64,000 nucleotides of DNA from an uncultured Anaerolineaceae bacterium (GTDB lineage Bacteria > Chloroflexota > Anaerolineae > Anaerolineales > UBA4823), in contig CAYLPS010000001.1 in the NCBI GenBank assembly GCA_964385625.1, positions 27,287 to 91,286 of the forward strand, written 5' to 3'. A program made the translations under genes and the position numbers. Below the pieces are notes generated by a model. The model saw only the letters and a list, made by a program, of their open reading frames with translations. It was not told the origin of the DNA and made no database searches. Below are positions 1 to 9,413 of the stretch, one piece after another; within the stretch, counting starts at the first letter, position 1; each line of letters opens with the position of its first letter.

Positions 1-405
1 ACGATGGCCTACTCCTGGGACAGCCCGGGTACCCAGGTGATCACCGTCACCGCTGCCAATGTTGATGGGCAGACGGCAGACCAGCACTTTACCACCATCC
101 TCGTGCCGCCTGCCAGCCTGTCAGTTATCGGCGCTGACAGGGGAAGCCTGCAAGAGATGCATACATTTACTGCTCAGGTCAATCCCATCACTGCAACCGT
201 GCCGTTAACTTACGTGTGGACGGTGGATGAGCAAATGGCCATCACACAAACGGCGGGAATTACCAACCAGGTGGTGATCAGCTGGGACCATCCTGGCATC
301 CACACTTTAGCAGTGCAGGCAAGCAATGCGGCTGGCAGTGTGGCTGGAGATTGGACGATAGAAATTTACATTTACATCTTCTTGCCGATACAGGTGCGCA
401 ATTAA
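1..405 (+). CDS. PKD/Ig-like repeat surface protein, C-terminal fragment (5' end outside window)
   Basis: The frame is open to the window edge. Two repeats carry a PKD-like core (YSWDSPGTQVITVTAANVDG / ISWDHPGIHTLAVQASNAAG). A hairpin terminator follows. Confidence 0.6.
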   Translation, partial: TMAYSWDSPGTQVITVTAANVDGQTADQHFTTILVPPASLSVIGADRGSLQEMHTFTAQVNPITATVPLTYVWTVDEQMAITQTAGITNQVVISWDHPGIHTLAVQASNAAGSVAGDWTIEIYIYIFLPIQVRN

Positions 406-409
406 ACTC

Positions 410-438
410 AAACGGGCTGGGGGAATTCCAGCCCGTTT
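410..438. terminator. Hairpin terminator between convergent genes
   Basis: Perfect 11-bp stem AAACGGGCTGG / CCAGCCCGTTT with a 7-nt loop (gggaatt), followed by cgtttctt. It lies between the stop at 405 (+) and the stop at 446 (-). Confidence 0.6.
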
Positions 439-445
439 CTTAATA

Positions 446-1384
446 CTAACGATCTCTATTAGAATCTGGCGAGTTGGCGTTAGCTTTCTGCAAAGCCAAT
501 GATTTGGTCGTGGTGATCAAGATCACCCCGGCGATGATCACCGCTGCCGAAATGATCTCGATGATTTCCAGAGGTTCGTGGAGCACCAGAGTACCCAACA
601 GGATGGCCACCAGTGGGTTAACATAAGCATAGGTTGATACTGTGGCAGTAGGTGCATTGCGTAGCAGCCAGGTGTAGGCCACGAAGCCGATACCCGAACC
701 AAATACAATCAGGTAAGCCAGTCCGATCCACGATTCAAGTGATACATGGGCCGGGTTGAAGCCGCGCCATTCACCCAGCAGGCTGCCAACGATAAATACT
801 CCGGCACTGCCTGCCAGCATTTCCATCCCTGTCCCGAGCAAGGCTGAGCTGGGTAGCTGGGCCTGCCTGCTGAACAGCGAGCCGATCGACCAGGAAAGCG
901 CTCCAGCAACCAGCACGGCGATGCCGATTGGATCCAGCGGTGGGCTGGTGATACGGGCCTGCCAGGGATCTGCTAGCAGTATTATGCCGATGAAACCCAC
1001 CAGGACGCCCATCCACACCGGCAGGCTGGCACGTTTTCCACCTGGACGCAAGGCATCGAGCACCACCATCCATAGCGGGACCGTGGCGATGAAAAGTGAA
1101 GCAACGCCGGTGGGGATGCGCAGTTCGGCCCAAGATAATGCCCCATTACCGCCCATCAGCATTAACAGTCCGATAATCGATGCAGAGCTCCATTCCGTCC
1201 GTGTGGGCGCTGGATCGCCGCTCAGGCGCCGCCAAGTGTAAATGATGGTGCCAGAAACCAGGTAGCGCATTCCCACCATTAAGAATGGTGGGATAGTCTG
1301 GATGGGTAGGCGGATGCCCAGGTATGTTGAGCCCCATATGATATAGACTGCAATGAGCGCGATCCAGCTGCGCTTATTCATCAA
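446..1384 (-). CDS. EamA/DMT-family permease
   Basis: 312-aa polytopic membrane protein with about 10 hydrophobic helices in two similar halves, typical of drug/metabolite transporter family proteins. Confidence 0.7.
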   Translation of the reverse strand: MMNKRSWIALIAVYIIWGSTYLGIRLPIQTIPPFLMVGMRYLVSGTIIYTWRRLSGDPAPTRTEWSSASIIGLLMLMGGNGALSWAELRIPTGVASLFIATVPLWMVVLDALRPGGKRASLPVWMGVLVGFIGIILLADPWQARITSPPLDPIGIAVLVAGALSWSIGSLFSRQAQLPSSALLGTGMEMLAGSAGVFIVGSLLGEWRGFNPAHVSLESWIGLAYLIVFGSGIGFVAYTWLLRNAPTATVSTYAYVNPLVAILLGTLVLHEPLEIIEIISAAVIIAGVILITTTKSLALQKANANSPDSNRDR

Positions 1385-1402
1385 TCAATATAACTCCAGA
1401 AT

Positions 1403-2266
1403 TTAGCTGCTTGTGGTTGCTTCCCGTGCCATTTCCCACCCTAACAGGGCGATTTTGCGAGCCTCTCCGTAGTGATAATTCCCGAATTCTCCCATGGCAC
1501 TGATTACTCTGTGACATGGGATGATCACCGGCACAGGATTACGCGCCAGCGCATTACCTACCACTCGTGAAGCTCCCGGCTTGCCAAGGTAACGCGCAAC
1601 GTCTCGGTATGATACCACACTGCCAGGAGGAATGCGCAGCAATGCTTCCCATACCTTCAGCTGGAAATTTGTGCCACTCATGTATATATGTAGAGCTTCG
1701 CTGTGAGGTAAATATCGGCAGTGGAAGATATGGGCAACCAGCGGTTCGGTGATGGCAGCATCCTCAACCAGCCTGCCTTTTGGCCAGCTTTGTTGCAATG
1801 AAATCAGGGAATCAGATCGCCTGCCGAACATCACGAATGACAGGTTGCATACCCCACGTTCCGTGGTCGCCAGGAGCATCTCTCCAAATGGAGTGGGATG
1901 AAAGCCATAATTTATGGTCAGGCCTTCACCGCGCAGCTTGAATTCGCCGGGAGTTACTGCCTCCCAGGTGATGAATAGGTCATGCAACCTGCCGGGGCTT
2001 GAGAGACCGACATTATAAGCAGCATCCATGATGCTGGCTGATCTGGCAAGCAGCTGCTTGGCATGTTCCTTGGTGATGAACTGCAGGAAGCGTTTTGGGC
2101 TGATGCCCACCCAGCGGGTAAACAGGCGTTGAAAGTGATATTCGCTCAGGTGAATGTGCTCAGCAATCTCACTCAGTCGTGGCTGGCAGTTCGCATTTTG
2201 CTCCAGATAAAAAATGACTTGCTCGATACGGGCATAGTCGTCGGATTGTTGCGTGTAATTATTCAT
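1403..2266 (-). CDS. Ada-like fusion of an AraC-type HTH and methylated-DNA-protein-cysteine methyltransferase
   Basis: The N-terminal AraC HTH reads LSEIAEHIHLSEYHFQRLFTRWVGISPKRF. The C-terminal MGMT domain carries the active-site motif IIPCHRV. Confidence 0.8.
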   Translation of the reverse strand: MNNYTQQSDDYARIEQVIFYLEQNANCQPRLSEIAEHIHLSEYHFQRLFTRWVGISPKRFLQFITKEHAKQLLARSASIMDAAYNVGLSSPGRLHDLFITWEAVTPGEFKLRGEGLTINYGFHPTPFGEMLLATTERGVCNLSFVMFGRRSDSLISLQQSWPKGRLVEDAAITEPLVAHIFHCRYLPHSEALHIYMSGTNFQLKVWEALLRIPPGSVVSYRDVARYLGKPGASRVVGNALARNPVPVIIPCHRVISAMGEFGNYHYGEARKIALLGWEMAREATTSS

Positions 2267-2458
2267 ACCCTGATTATAAGCAGGTGGCCGATAGAATCCA
2301 CCCGATTCTTGCGAACTTTTTTACCACTTGGGAGGTTAAACGATACCTGCAATAAACCCGGTCTAGGCTCATCGATATTGAATAATTGTGAGGTAAAATG
2401 GTTGCGATCTGAGCATCAATAAAGTTCACGGATGAGAAAGGCTTATTGGAGTTAAGCG

Positions 2459-3040
2459 TTGAAGAAGTATTTCTGGGATTATTTATTCTTAATTGGCATT
2501 GCTGCGATTATTGTGGCGCTTGACCAGTGGACAAAATACCTGGTTCGCACACAGATTCCACTGGGAGGCAGTTGGTCACCTTGGGCATGGCTGGCACCTT
2601 ATGCCAGGATCGTGCACTGGCAAAACACCGGGGCAGCTTTCGGCATGTTCCAGGGATTTGGCTTGGTTTTCACTATCTTGGCTTTTGTGGTGGCTCTTGG
2701 CATCCTGTATTATTTTCCACGTGTGCCGCGCAATGAATGGCTGCTGAGAGTCACTATGACCATGATGTTTGGTGGGGCGGTGGGTAACCTGATCGATCGG
2801 TTGACCCTTGGGACGGTGACGGATTTCGTCTCGGTAGGTACATTTGCAGTTTTCAATGTGGCTGATGCCAGCATATCAGTGGGTACGGCGATCATGGTTT
2901 TAGCAGTCTGGCTCAGCGAGCGCAGGCAGAAAAAGCTGGCTGAGCGCAATGAAATAGCTGGGTTGGATTCATCCAAAACAGGCGATGACATGAGTGAAGT
3001 GGAACAATCCATCGATTCGAGGAAACGCCCGCTTGAATGA
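2459..3040 (+). CDS. lspA: Lipoprotein signal peptidase (signal peptidase II)
   Basis: TTG start. Motifs NTGAAFG, GGAVGNLIDR and FNVAD are present in a 4-TM layout. Confidence 0.85.
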   Translation: MKKYFWDYLFLIGIAAIIVALDQWTKYLVRTQIPLGGSWSPWAWLAPYARIVHWQNTGAAFGMFQGFGLVFTILAFVVALGILYYFPRVPRNEWLLRVTMTMMFGGAVGNLIDRLTLGTVTDFVSVGTFAVFNVADASISVGTAIMVLAVWLSERRQKKLAERNEIAGLDSSKTGDDMSEVEQSIDSRKRPLE

Positions 3041-3956
3041 TCAGGTCATCCAGCTGCGTTTCGAAGGAGAAGGGGTTACCCGCCTGGATAAATTCTTGGT
3101 GTCCCGCCTGCCCGCATTCTCACGGACTCGCTTACAAATGCTCATCGCAAATGGCAACATCCTGGTGGATGGTAGTGCTGCTCATAAGAGCGGCCAGCTG
3201 ATAAGCCAGGTGAACCTGATTCAAATCAATCTTCCCCATCCCAAGCCAACACATCTGGTGCCTGAAGCGATCTCGCTGGATGTCATCTTTGAAAATGAGG
3301 ATGTCATGGTGGTGAACAAGCCGGCAGGGATGGTGGTGCACCCGGCAGCAGGGCATTCCAGCGGCACTCTGGTGCATGCCGCACTGGCACATGCACCTGA
3401 TATGGCGGGAATTGGGGGTGAGAAACGCCCTGGTGTGGTACACAGGCTGGATAAAGACACTTCAGGGTTGATCCTACTGGCAAAAAATGACCAGGCACAT
3501 CGTTTTTTACAAGAGCAATTCAGGATACGCAAGACTGTTAAAATCTATCTGGCTCTCGTGGACGGCAAGCCACCCACCCCCACGGGACGGATCGAGGCAG
3601 ACGTGGGGAGAGACAGCGTTCATCGCCAGCTGATGGCTGTCACCAGGGTCCGTAAAGGCCGGGAAGCGATAACCGAGTACCGCACATTGGAAGCTTTCAG
3701 GGAGCATACCTTTTTGGAAGTACATCCCCTCACCGGCCGCACTCACCAGATACGCGTGCACCTCAAGTTCCTGGGCTGCCCGGTTTCGGGGGACACCGTA
3801 TATGGCCATCGGCATACAACTATAGCAATAAATCGGCAGTTCCTGCACGCTTCTAGGCTGACCATACTTTTGCCGGGTGAAACGACGCCAAGGACTTTCG
3901 AGGCCGCTCTTCCCCTGGAATTGATGCAGGTTTTACAAGAACTGCGTGCAGGATAA
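2994..3956 (+). CDS. RluA/RluD-family 23S rRNA pseudouridine synthase
   Basis: S4-like N-terminus (RLDKFLVSRLPAFSRTRLQMLIANGNILVDG), catalytic motif HRLDKDTSGL, and HQIRVH. The start is uncertain: GTG at 2994 or TTG at 3033. It overlaps the lspA 3' end, as in lspA-rluD operons. Confidence 0.85.
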   Translation: MKWNNPSIRGNARLNDQVIQLRFEGEGVTRLDKFLVSRLPAFSRTRLQMLIANGNILVDGSAAHKSGQLISQVNLIQINLPHPKPTHLVPEAISLDVIFENEDVMVVNKPAGMVVHPAAGHSSGTLVHAALAHAPDMAGIGGEKRPGVVHRLDKDTSGLILLAKNDQAHRFLQEQFRIRKTVKIYLALVDGKPPTPTGRIEADVGRDSVHRQLMAVTRVRKGREAITEYRTLEAFREHTFLEVHPLTGRTHQIRVHLKFLGCPVSGDTVYGHRHTTIAINRQFLHASRLTILLPGETTPRTFEAALPLELMQVLQELRAG

Positions 3957-4066
3957 TCCGCCAACCGGGTATATGCTGTTCCAATGAGAGGTAACAATAT
4001 ATATATATTACAATACGATCGGTGCACTAAAGATAGCCAAGGCAGGTAGATCAATAAGGAGATAGC

Positions 4067-5119
4067 ATGGATTGGATTGATTTGCGATCAGATACGGTCA
4101 CACGCCCCACTGAAGCCATGCTCCAGGCAATATCCAGCGCAGAAGTGGGCGACGATGTTTATGGAGAGGATCCTACCATAAATCGGCTCCAGGAAATGTC
4201 TGCCGAGAGGATGGGCAAGCAGGCCGGTTTGTTTGTACCCTCTGGCACCATGGGCAATCTGGCGGCCATCCTGGCTCACTGCGGGCGGGGTGATGAGGTG
4301 ATTCTCGGTAACAAAGCGCACACTTTTCTGTATGAAGCCGGCGGGATATCTGCACTGGGTGGGGTGCATTCCTGTCAGATACCCAACCAGGAGGACGGGA
4401 CGCTGAACCTGCAAGATATTCAAGCCGCTATCCGATCTAAGGACGCCCACCAACCCATCTCAAGGCTGGTTTGTCTGGAGAACACCCACAACCGCTGCGG
4501 AGGTGTGGCATTAACCGCCGGCTATACCAGGGCTGTGGGCGAGCTGGCGCACGAGAATAGTTTATCCCTGCACCTGGATGGCGCGCGCATATTCAATGCG
4601 GCTGTCAGCCTGGGAGTATCTGCCAGGGAGCTGGCTGAAGCGGCCGATTCGGTCACCTTCTGCCTGAGCAAGGGGTTATCCGCTCCGGTGGGTTCTGTGC
4701 TGTGTGGCAGCTCTGAGTTTATCGCCAAGGCGCACCGCATCCGCAAGCAGCTAGGAGGGGGCATGCGCCAGGCTGGGATCCTGGCGGCTGCTGGCATTGT
4801 GGCGCTTGAAACGATGGTAGATCGCCTGGTTGAAGACCATAAACGAGCCCGGTATCTTGCCGAAGGGTTGTCTTTCCTGCCCTGGCTGGTGATGGATAAG
4901 GGAACACCTTACACAAATATGATTTTTATGTCTCTTAGTGCAGCATTCCCGGAAGATGCTCAGGCCGTGGCTGAAATGCTCACCAGGCAGGATGTTAAAG
5001 TAGGCGTGGTAGGAAAAAGGCGCTTTCGCTTGGTATTGCATAATTGGATTGACGACCAGGCAGTTGAAAAGGCCATCCTGGCGTTCCAGGATGTGGGCAT
5101 CCAGCTCAATCACGCATAA
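4067..5119 (+). CDS. ltaE: Low-specificity L-threonine aldolase
   Basis: Motifs DLRSDTVTRPT and GDDVYGEDPT, plus the PLP-lysine region CLSKGLSAPVGS. An AAGGAGA RBS lies upstream. Confidence 0.8.
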   Translation: MDWIDLRSDTVTRPTEAMLQAISSAEVGDDVYGEDPTINRLQEMSAERMGKQAGLFVPSGTMGNLAAILAHCGRGDEVILGNKAHTFLYEAGGISALGGVHSCQIPNQEDGTLNLQDIQAAIRSKDAHQPISRLVCLENTHNRCGGVALTAGYTRAVGELAHENSLSLHLDGARIFNAAVSLGVSARELAEAADSVTFCLSKGLSAPVGSVLCGSSEFIAKAHRIRKQLGGGMRQAGILAAAGIVALETMVDRLVEDHKRARYLAEGLSFLPWLVMDKGTPYTNMIFMSLSAAFPEDAQAVAEMLTRQDVKVGVVGKRRFRLVLHNWIDDQAVEKAILAFQDVGIQLNHA

Positions 5120-5228
5120 TGTAAATACCTCGCATGGGTTTTTTACCCTCATGTTATAATCATTTTAGTATTCACCGGGGTGGGCGGGGCATTTTTATAG
5201 TTAGGTTTTAAGGAGAGGCAGCTTTAGC

Positions 5229-6065
5229 ATGAGCAAGTTCTATTCGTTGGAACAAATAGATCAGATTGCTGATTTCATTCGTTCTAAATCGAGCTATCGT
5301 CCACAGGTGGGAATCATACTTGGATCAGGCCTGGGTGCCCTGGCAGCAAGCGTAGAATACCCAACCGTCATACCCGCGAATGAAATTGTGGGTTGGCCCG
5401 TTTCTACGGTTGAGGGTCACCAGGGTCACCTGGTCGTAGGTAAGCTTGAAGAAAAAGAAGTCATTGTTCTGCAAGGGCGCGTGCATTTTTACGAAGGGTA
5501 CAGCATCAGCCAGGTGGCGCTTCCGGTACGCGTATTGCAACGCTTGGGCATAGAGATATTGATAGTTACTAACGCGGCGGGTGCGGTAAACCCGGATTTT
5601 CAGCCAGGTGAATTGATGCTGATTACTGACCATATAAACTTGATTGGTATGGCGGGTCTAAATCCATTGCGCGGCCCAAATCTCGATGCGATGGGCACGC
5701 GCTTCCCGGATATGAGCCAGGCATACGACCCCGCGCTGATCCAACTGGCAGGTAAGGTTGCCGCTGATGAGAGCATTACCTTGCAGGAAGGAGTTTACAT
5801 TAGCCTGGCTGGCCCTTCTTTTGAAACACCCGCTGATTTACGTTTCTTGCGCATCATTGGCGCCGATGCAGTCGGCATGTCCACTGTCCCCGAAGTCATT
5901 ACCGCCCGACATGGAGGCACACGAGTTTTAGGTATATCTGGCATCAGTAATAAAGCGAATCTGGATGGTGAAACCATTACAACCCATGAAGAAGTCTTGG
6001 CTGCGGGTGAGAAGATCGCACCCTTATTAACGACGCTCATCAGGGGGGTGTTGCGCCGCCTGTAA
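5229..6065 (+). CDS. Purine nucleoside phosphorylase (trimeric PNP family)
   Basis: Motifs ILGSGLG, VEGHQGHLV, RVHFYEGY, LAGPSFETPADLRFLR and VGMSTVPEV. Confidence 0.85.
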   Translation: MSKFYSLEQIDQIADFIRSKSSYRPQVGIILGSGLGALAASVEYPTVIPANEIVGWPVSTVEGHQGHLVVGKLEEKEVIVLQGRVHFYEGYSISQVALPVRVLQRLGIEILIVTNAAGAVNPDFQPGELMLITDHINLIGMAGLNPLRGPNLDAMGTRFPDMSQAYDPALIQLAGKVAADESITLQEGVYISLAGPSFETPADLRFLRIIGADAVGMSTVPEVITARHGGTRVLGISGISNKANLDGETITTHEEVLAAGEKIAPLLTTLIRGVLRRL

Positions 6066-6123
6066 AATTCAATCCCGTGTGAGCCATTTTTCGGTTGTTA
6101 GCCGCGGAGAGAACAGATGCTGC

Positions 6124-6813
6124 ATGGAACAGGTACTCCAGTTTTTTCGTGATTATGAGATATGGATTTATGTTTTCTTGGGGATAATAATGATATGGCA
6201 AATCCGGAAATTTGCCCTGGCTTGGGATGAGCTGCGAGGGGCATTTTTCGGAATGGAAAGGGAAGCAGCCCAGGCTAGAGTTAATTCGGCTGCAACCATG
6301 GTGGTGTTACTGATTATTATGGCAGTTGCTGAATTTACGGTTGTGACATTTGTGGTTCCCACTATTCCAGGAGCCAATCCGCTGCCAACTTCCTCATTGA
6401 ATTTATTAGCTACCCCTACCACTACATTACCGCCCGCAACCCAAAATCCGAATGAAACCCCTGGAGTTACCCCAACCCCTGGGGAGGTGGCAGCAGCAGA
6501 AGGTTGTACAGTAGGCCAGGTGAACTTGGTATCGCCTGTAAATGGGGAGCACATCAGTGGCAATGTCACCATCAAAGGATCTGCCAGCCTGCCGAATTTC
6601 GGGTTTTATACATTGCAGATTGCTTACCCGGGTGATTCAGATTGGGTTCCCATTCAGGTGGGCCAGCAGGCGGTGGTTAATGATGTGCTGGGAGTGTGGA
6701 ATACTTCAGCACTTACTCCAGGTGCATATATGCTCAGCCTCGAAGTGACTGATAATGTCGGAAATATACTTCCCTCGTGCGCCATCCAGGTAACCGTGGA
6801 GGCAGTTGAGTAA
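6124..6813 (+). CDS. Membrane-anchored protein with a Pro/Thr linker and a C-terminal Ig-like domain, function unknown
   Basis: Two N-terminal TM segments, a PT-rich linker (ATPTTTLPPATQNPNETPGVTPTPG) and a beta-rich C-terminal domain. The ATG at 6124 is preferred over the GTG at 6079. Confidence 0.4.
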   Translation: MEQVLQFFRDYEIWIYVFLGIIMIWQIRKFALAWDELRGAFFGMEREAAQARVNSAATMVVLLIIMAVAEFTVVTFVVPTIPGANPLPTSSLNLLATPTTTLPPATQNPNETPGVTPTPGEVAAAEGCTVGQVNLVSPVNGEHISGNVTIKGSASLPNFGFYTLQIAYPGDSDWVPIQVGQQAVVNDVLGVWNTSALTPGAYMLSLEVTDNVGNILPSCAIQVTVEAVE

Positions 6814-6831
6814 TTACGGAAAGGTGAAATA

Positions 6832-7389
6832 ATGCCTGAGATTGAGATTCGACCACCCACCTCTGCGGAAATCCCGGTTATGATGGGTATTGACCATGAT
6901 TATATGAGTGATCATGTCTGGCAGATGGAGGTCCAACAGGAGAGTGGGCAGAAACCTTCTGATTTACGCGTGGAAATTACCTTTCGCCAGTTGAAATTGC
7001 CACGTTCTGTGCGGGTGGAATATCCGCGCTCACCTGCAGAGCTCGCAAATGATTGGAAAGACAGGTCTTGCCTGCTGGTGGCGTTATTGCAGGGAGCAGT
7101 CGTTGGTTATACCAGCATAAGCTTGAATATTGCCCCGCATACCAGTTGGATGACTGATTTGGTGATATCTCGCAAGTTTCGCAGGCAGGGAATCGGCAGC
7201 ACGCTGATATTGGCTGGGCAAGATTGGGCACGCCATAAACGGTGTTCGAGGATGGTGATGGAAATCCAGCCTAAAAATTACCCCGCAATCTGCCTGGCGC
7301 AAAAACTTGGCTATGACTTGTGTGGATATAATGATCATTATTTTCCAAATCATGACATTGCATTATTTTTTTCAAAGAGCCTGAGGTGA
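6832..7389 (+). CDS. GNAT-family N-acetyltransferase
   Basis: Acetyl-CoA-binding motif RKFRRQGIGSTLI, followed by a typical GNAT C-terminal beta-strand region. Confidence 0.6.
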   Translation: MPEIEIRPPTSAEIPVMMGIDHDYMSDHVWQMEVQQESGQKPSDLRVEITFRQLKLPRSVRVEYPRSPAELANDWKDRSCLLVALLQGAVVGYTSISLNIAPHTSWMTDLVISRKFRRQGIGSTLILAGQDWARHKRCSRMVMEIQPKNYPAICLAQKLGYDLCGYNDHYFPNHDIALFFSKSLR

Positions 7390-7468
7390 ATGAGGGCATT
7401 AATTTGTGAGAGCTAAGAGATCGAATAGCTTATAGATATAATTTATAGGAACAGGTATCGTTGTTCGG

Positions 7469-9373
7469 TTGGATATGATTGGTGTTTTTATCTCTAGCTT
7501 GGAATTTCTCAACCAGCTGCTTACAGCTGGAATTGCCATTACGGCATTTTCCTTATTATTATATGCATTGACATTTAACCTGCGCGATAGGGTGGCGCGC
7601 ACATTTGCGTTAATCTTAATTTCCCTGGTGATCATTTTCGTGGGCGATGCCATCGGCAGCATTGTTAGCTCCCCAAATGTGCTGCAATTTTGGCTCCAGC
7701 TTGAATGGCTGGGGATTGCATTTTTACCAGCAAGTTATTTCCACTTTTCGGGTGCTTTGCTGTCTACCACCGGGGGGCAGATAAACCGCGATCAAAAGTG
7801 GTTCGTACGCCTGTTCTACTTGGTCAGCTTTGCGTTTCTGGTAACCCTGCCATTTAAGTTGTTGGTTGGGCCGCTTGTCCCCAATGCCTCCCCAGCGCCA
7901 CACTTGCAGCGTACCTGGCTTACCTGGGTCTTCGCAGTCTACTTCGTTGCAGTTGTGGTTTGGTCGTGGGTCAATTTCAGGCACGGCTACCAGCGAACAG
8001 TGACCCCAACCAGCCGACGCAGGATGAGATACCTGGTCATCGGTGCGCTGGCGCCAGTGCTTGGCTCTTACCCATTCCTGTTATTCGGCTCCAGCTTTGC
8101 CACCAACCACCCCCTGATATTTTGGTTAACCGCAGTCATCACAAACCTGCTCGTGTCGGGATTAATCATCATCATGGCTTACGCAGTGGCTTTTTATGGC
8201 GTGTCTTGGCCCGACCGTGTGGTAAAGCGCCGGTTGTTCAAGTGGCTAATGCGCGGCCCGGTGACCGCTTCGACGGTGCTGGCAATCACCACCCTGGTGC
8301 GACGCGCAGGCGAATTTTATGGCTTCGAGTATACCGCTGCAGTACCTATCATGATGGTGGGTAGTCTGTTGCTCCTGGAATATATCATCACCCTTGCAGC
8401 GCCCCTGTGGGAACGCTGGTTATTCACCGGGGGCGATAAATCGAGCTTGTTGCTGGTCCAGGCGCTTAATGAGCGGCTGCTCACCACGGGTGATCTACGC
8501 CAATTCCTTGAATCTATCCTGGCCGCGGTCTGTGATCGAATCCAGGCTTCAAAGGCGTTTATCATGGCAATGGATGCAGGTGATCTTGAGATCATGGTCC
8601 ATATCGGTGAAGCTCCTGCTATCGATGAAATGTCAGGTGGAATAAACCATTTGGTTGAGGAAAATGGAAATGGGAGGGGCATTTATACCTGGGAAGATTA
8701 CTGGTTGGTGCCTCTTCACAGCCAGCGAATTAGAATTGGGACTTTGTTGGGAATCATGGGTGTATCCCGGAAACCCAACTTGGTGATTGGCGATGACCAA
8801 AAAGATGCAGTTTTGTTCCTTGCCGAGCGGGCGGCTACTGCTTTGGAAGATCATGTTCAGCAGCAGGAAATTTTCACCTCGATCGAGAATCTAAGCCCGC
8901 AAATTGATATGATCCAACGCTTGCGAGCGGCATCGAGATATGGCAGTACGGAAGTGTTGACCGCCCCGGAAATCCCCCTGGAATCACCCAACCTGGCTCG
9001 TTGGGTGAAGGATGCGCTTACTCATTACTGGGGCGGTCCCAGGCTCACCGAAAGTCCATTAATGAGTCTGCGGGTGGTCCAAAAAACTCTTGAAGAACAC
9101 AAGGACAACCCTGCTAATGCACTGCGCGCCATCCTGCGCCAGGCGGTAGAGCAGGTGCGGCCAGAAGGAGAGCGTCGCTTTACTGGCGAATGGATCTTAT
9201 ATAATATTTTAGAGATGAAGTTTATGGAAGGAAAGAAAGTCCGCGAGATTGCCACGCGATTATCCATGTCGGAGGCTGACTTATATCGTAAGCAGCGCGT
9301 GGCAGTCGAAGCAGTGGCAGATGCGATTCTCGATATGGAGCATAAGGCAAGAGCAGATTCGAGACCGGGATAG
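7469..9373 (+). CDS. Polytopic membrane sensor/regulator with an N-terminal multi-TM domain, a GAF-like middle and a C-terminal sigma-70 region-4-like HTH
   Basis: There are about 8-10 TM helices in the first ~330 aa. A soluble middle domain follows. The C-terminus (KKVREIATRLSMSEADLYRKQRVAVEAVADAIL) resembles a region-4/LuxR-type HTH. Confidence 0.5.
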   Translation: MDMIGVFISSLEFLNQLLTAGIAITAFSLLLYALTFNLRDRVARTFALILISLVIIFVGDAIGSIVSSPNVLQFWLQLEWLGIAFLPASYFHFSGALLSTTGGQINRDQKWFVRLFYLVSFAFLVTLPFKLLVGPLVPNASPAPHLQRTWLTWVFAVYFVAVVVWSWVNFRHGYQRTVTPTSRRRMRYLVIGALAPVLGSYPFLLFGSSFATNHPLIFWLTAVITNLLVSGLIIIMAYAVAFYGVSWPDRVVKRRLFKWLMRGPVTASTVLAITTLVRRAGEFYGFEYTAAVPIMMVGSLLLLEYIITLAAPLWERWLFTGGDKSSLLLVQALNERLLTTGDLRQFLESILAAVCDRIQASKAFIMAMDAGDLEIMVHIGEAPAIDEMSGGINHLVEENGNGRGIYTWEDYWLVPLHSQRIRIGTLLGIMGVSRKPNLVIGDDQKDAVLFLAERAATALEDHVQQQEIFTSIENLSPQIDMIQRLRAASRYGSTEVLTAPEIPLESPNLARWVKDALTHYWGGPRLTESPLMSLRVVQKTLEEHKDNPANALRAILRQAVEQVRPEGERRFTGEWILYNILEMKFMEGKKVREIATRLSMSEADLYRKQRVAVEAVADAILDMEHKARADSRPG

Positions 9374-9413
9374 TATAGCTAATTACCATTTATTCCATAG
9401 TGAGGAGGGTTGA

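Noticed and set aside
3997-4008. An (AT)6 dinucleotide run in the rluD-ltaE intergenic region.
   Set aside because: It is short and occurs once in an AT-rich promoter region. There is no evidence for phase variation or a functional repeat.
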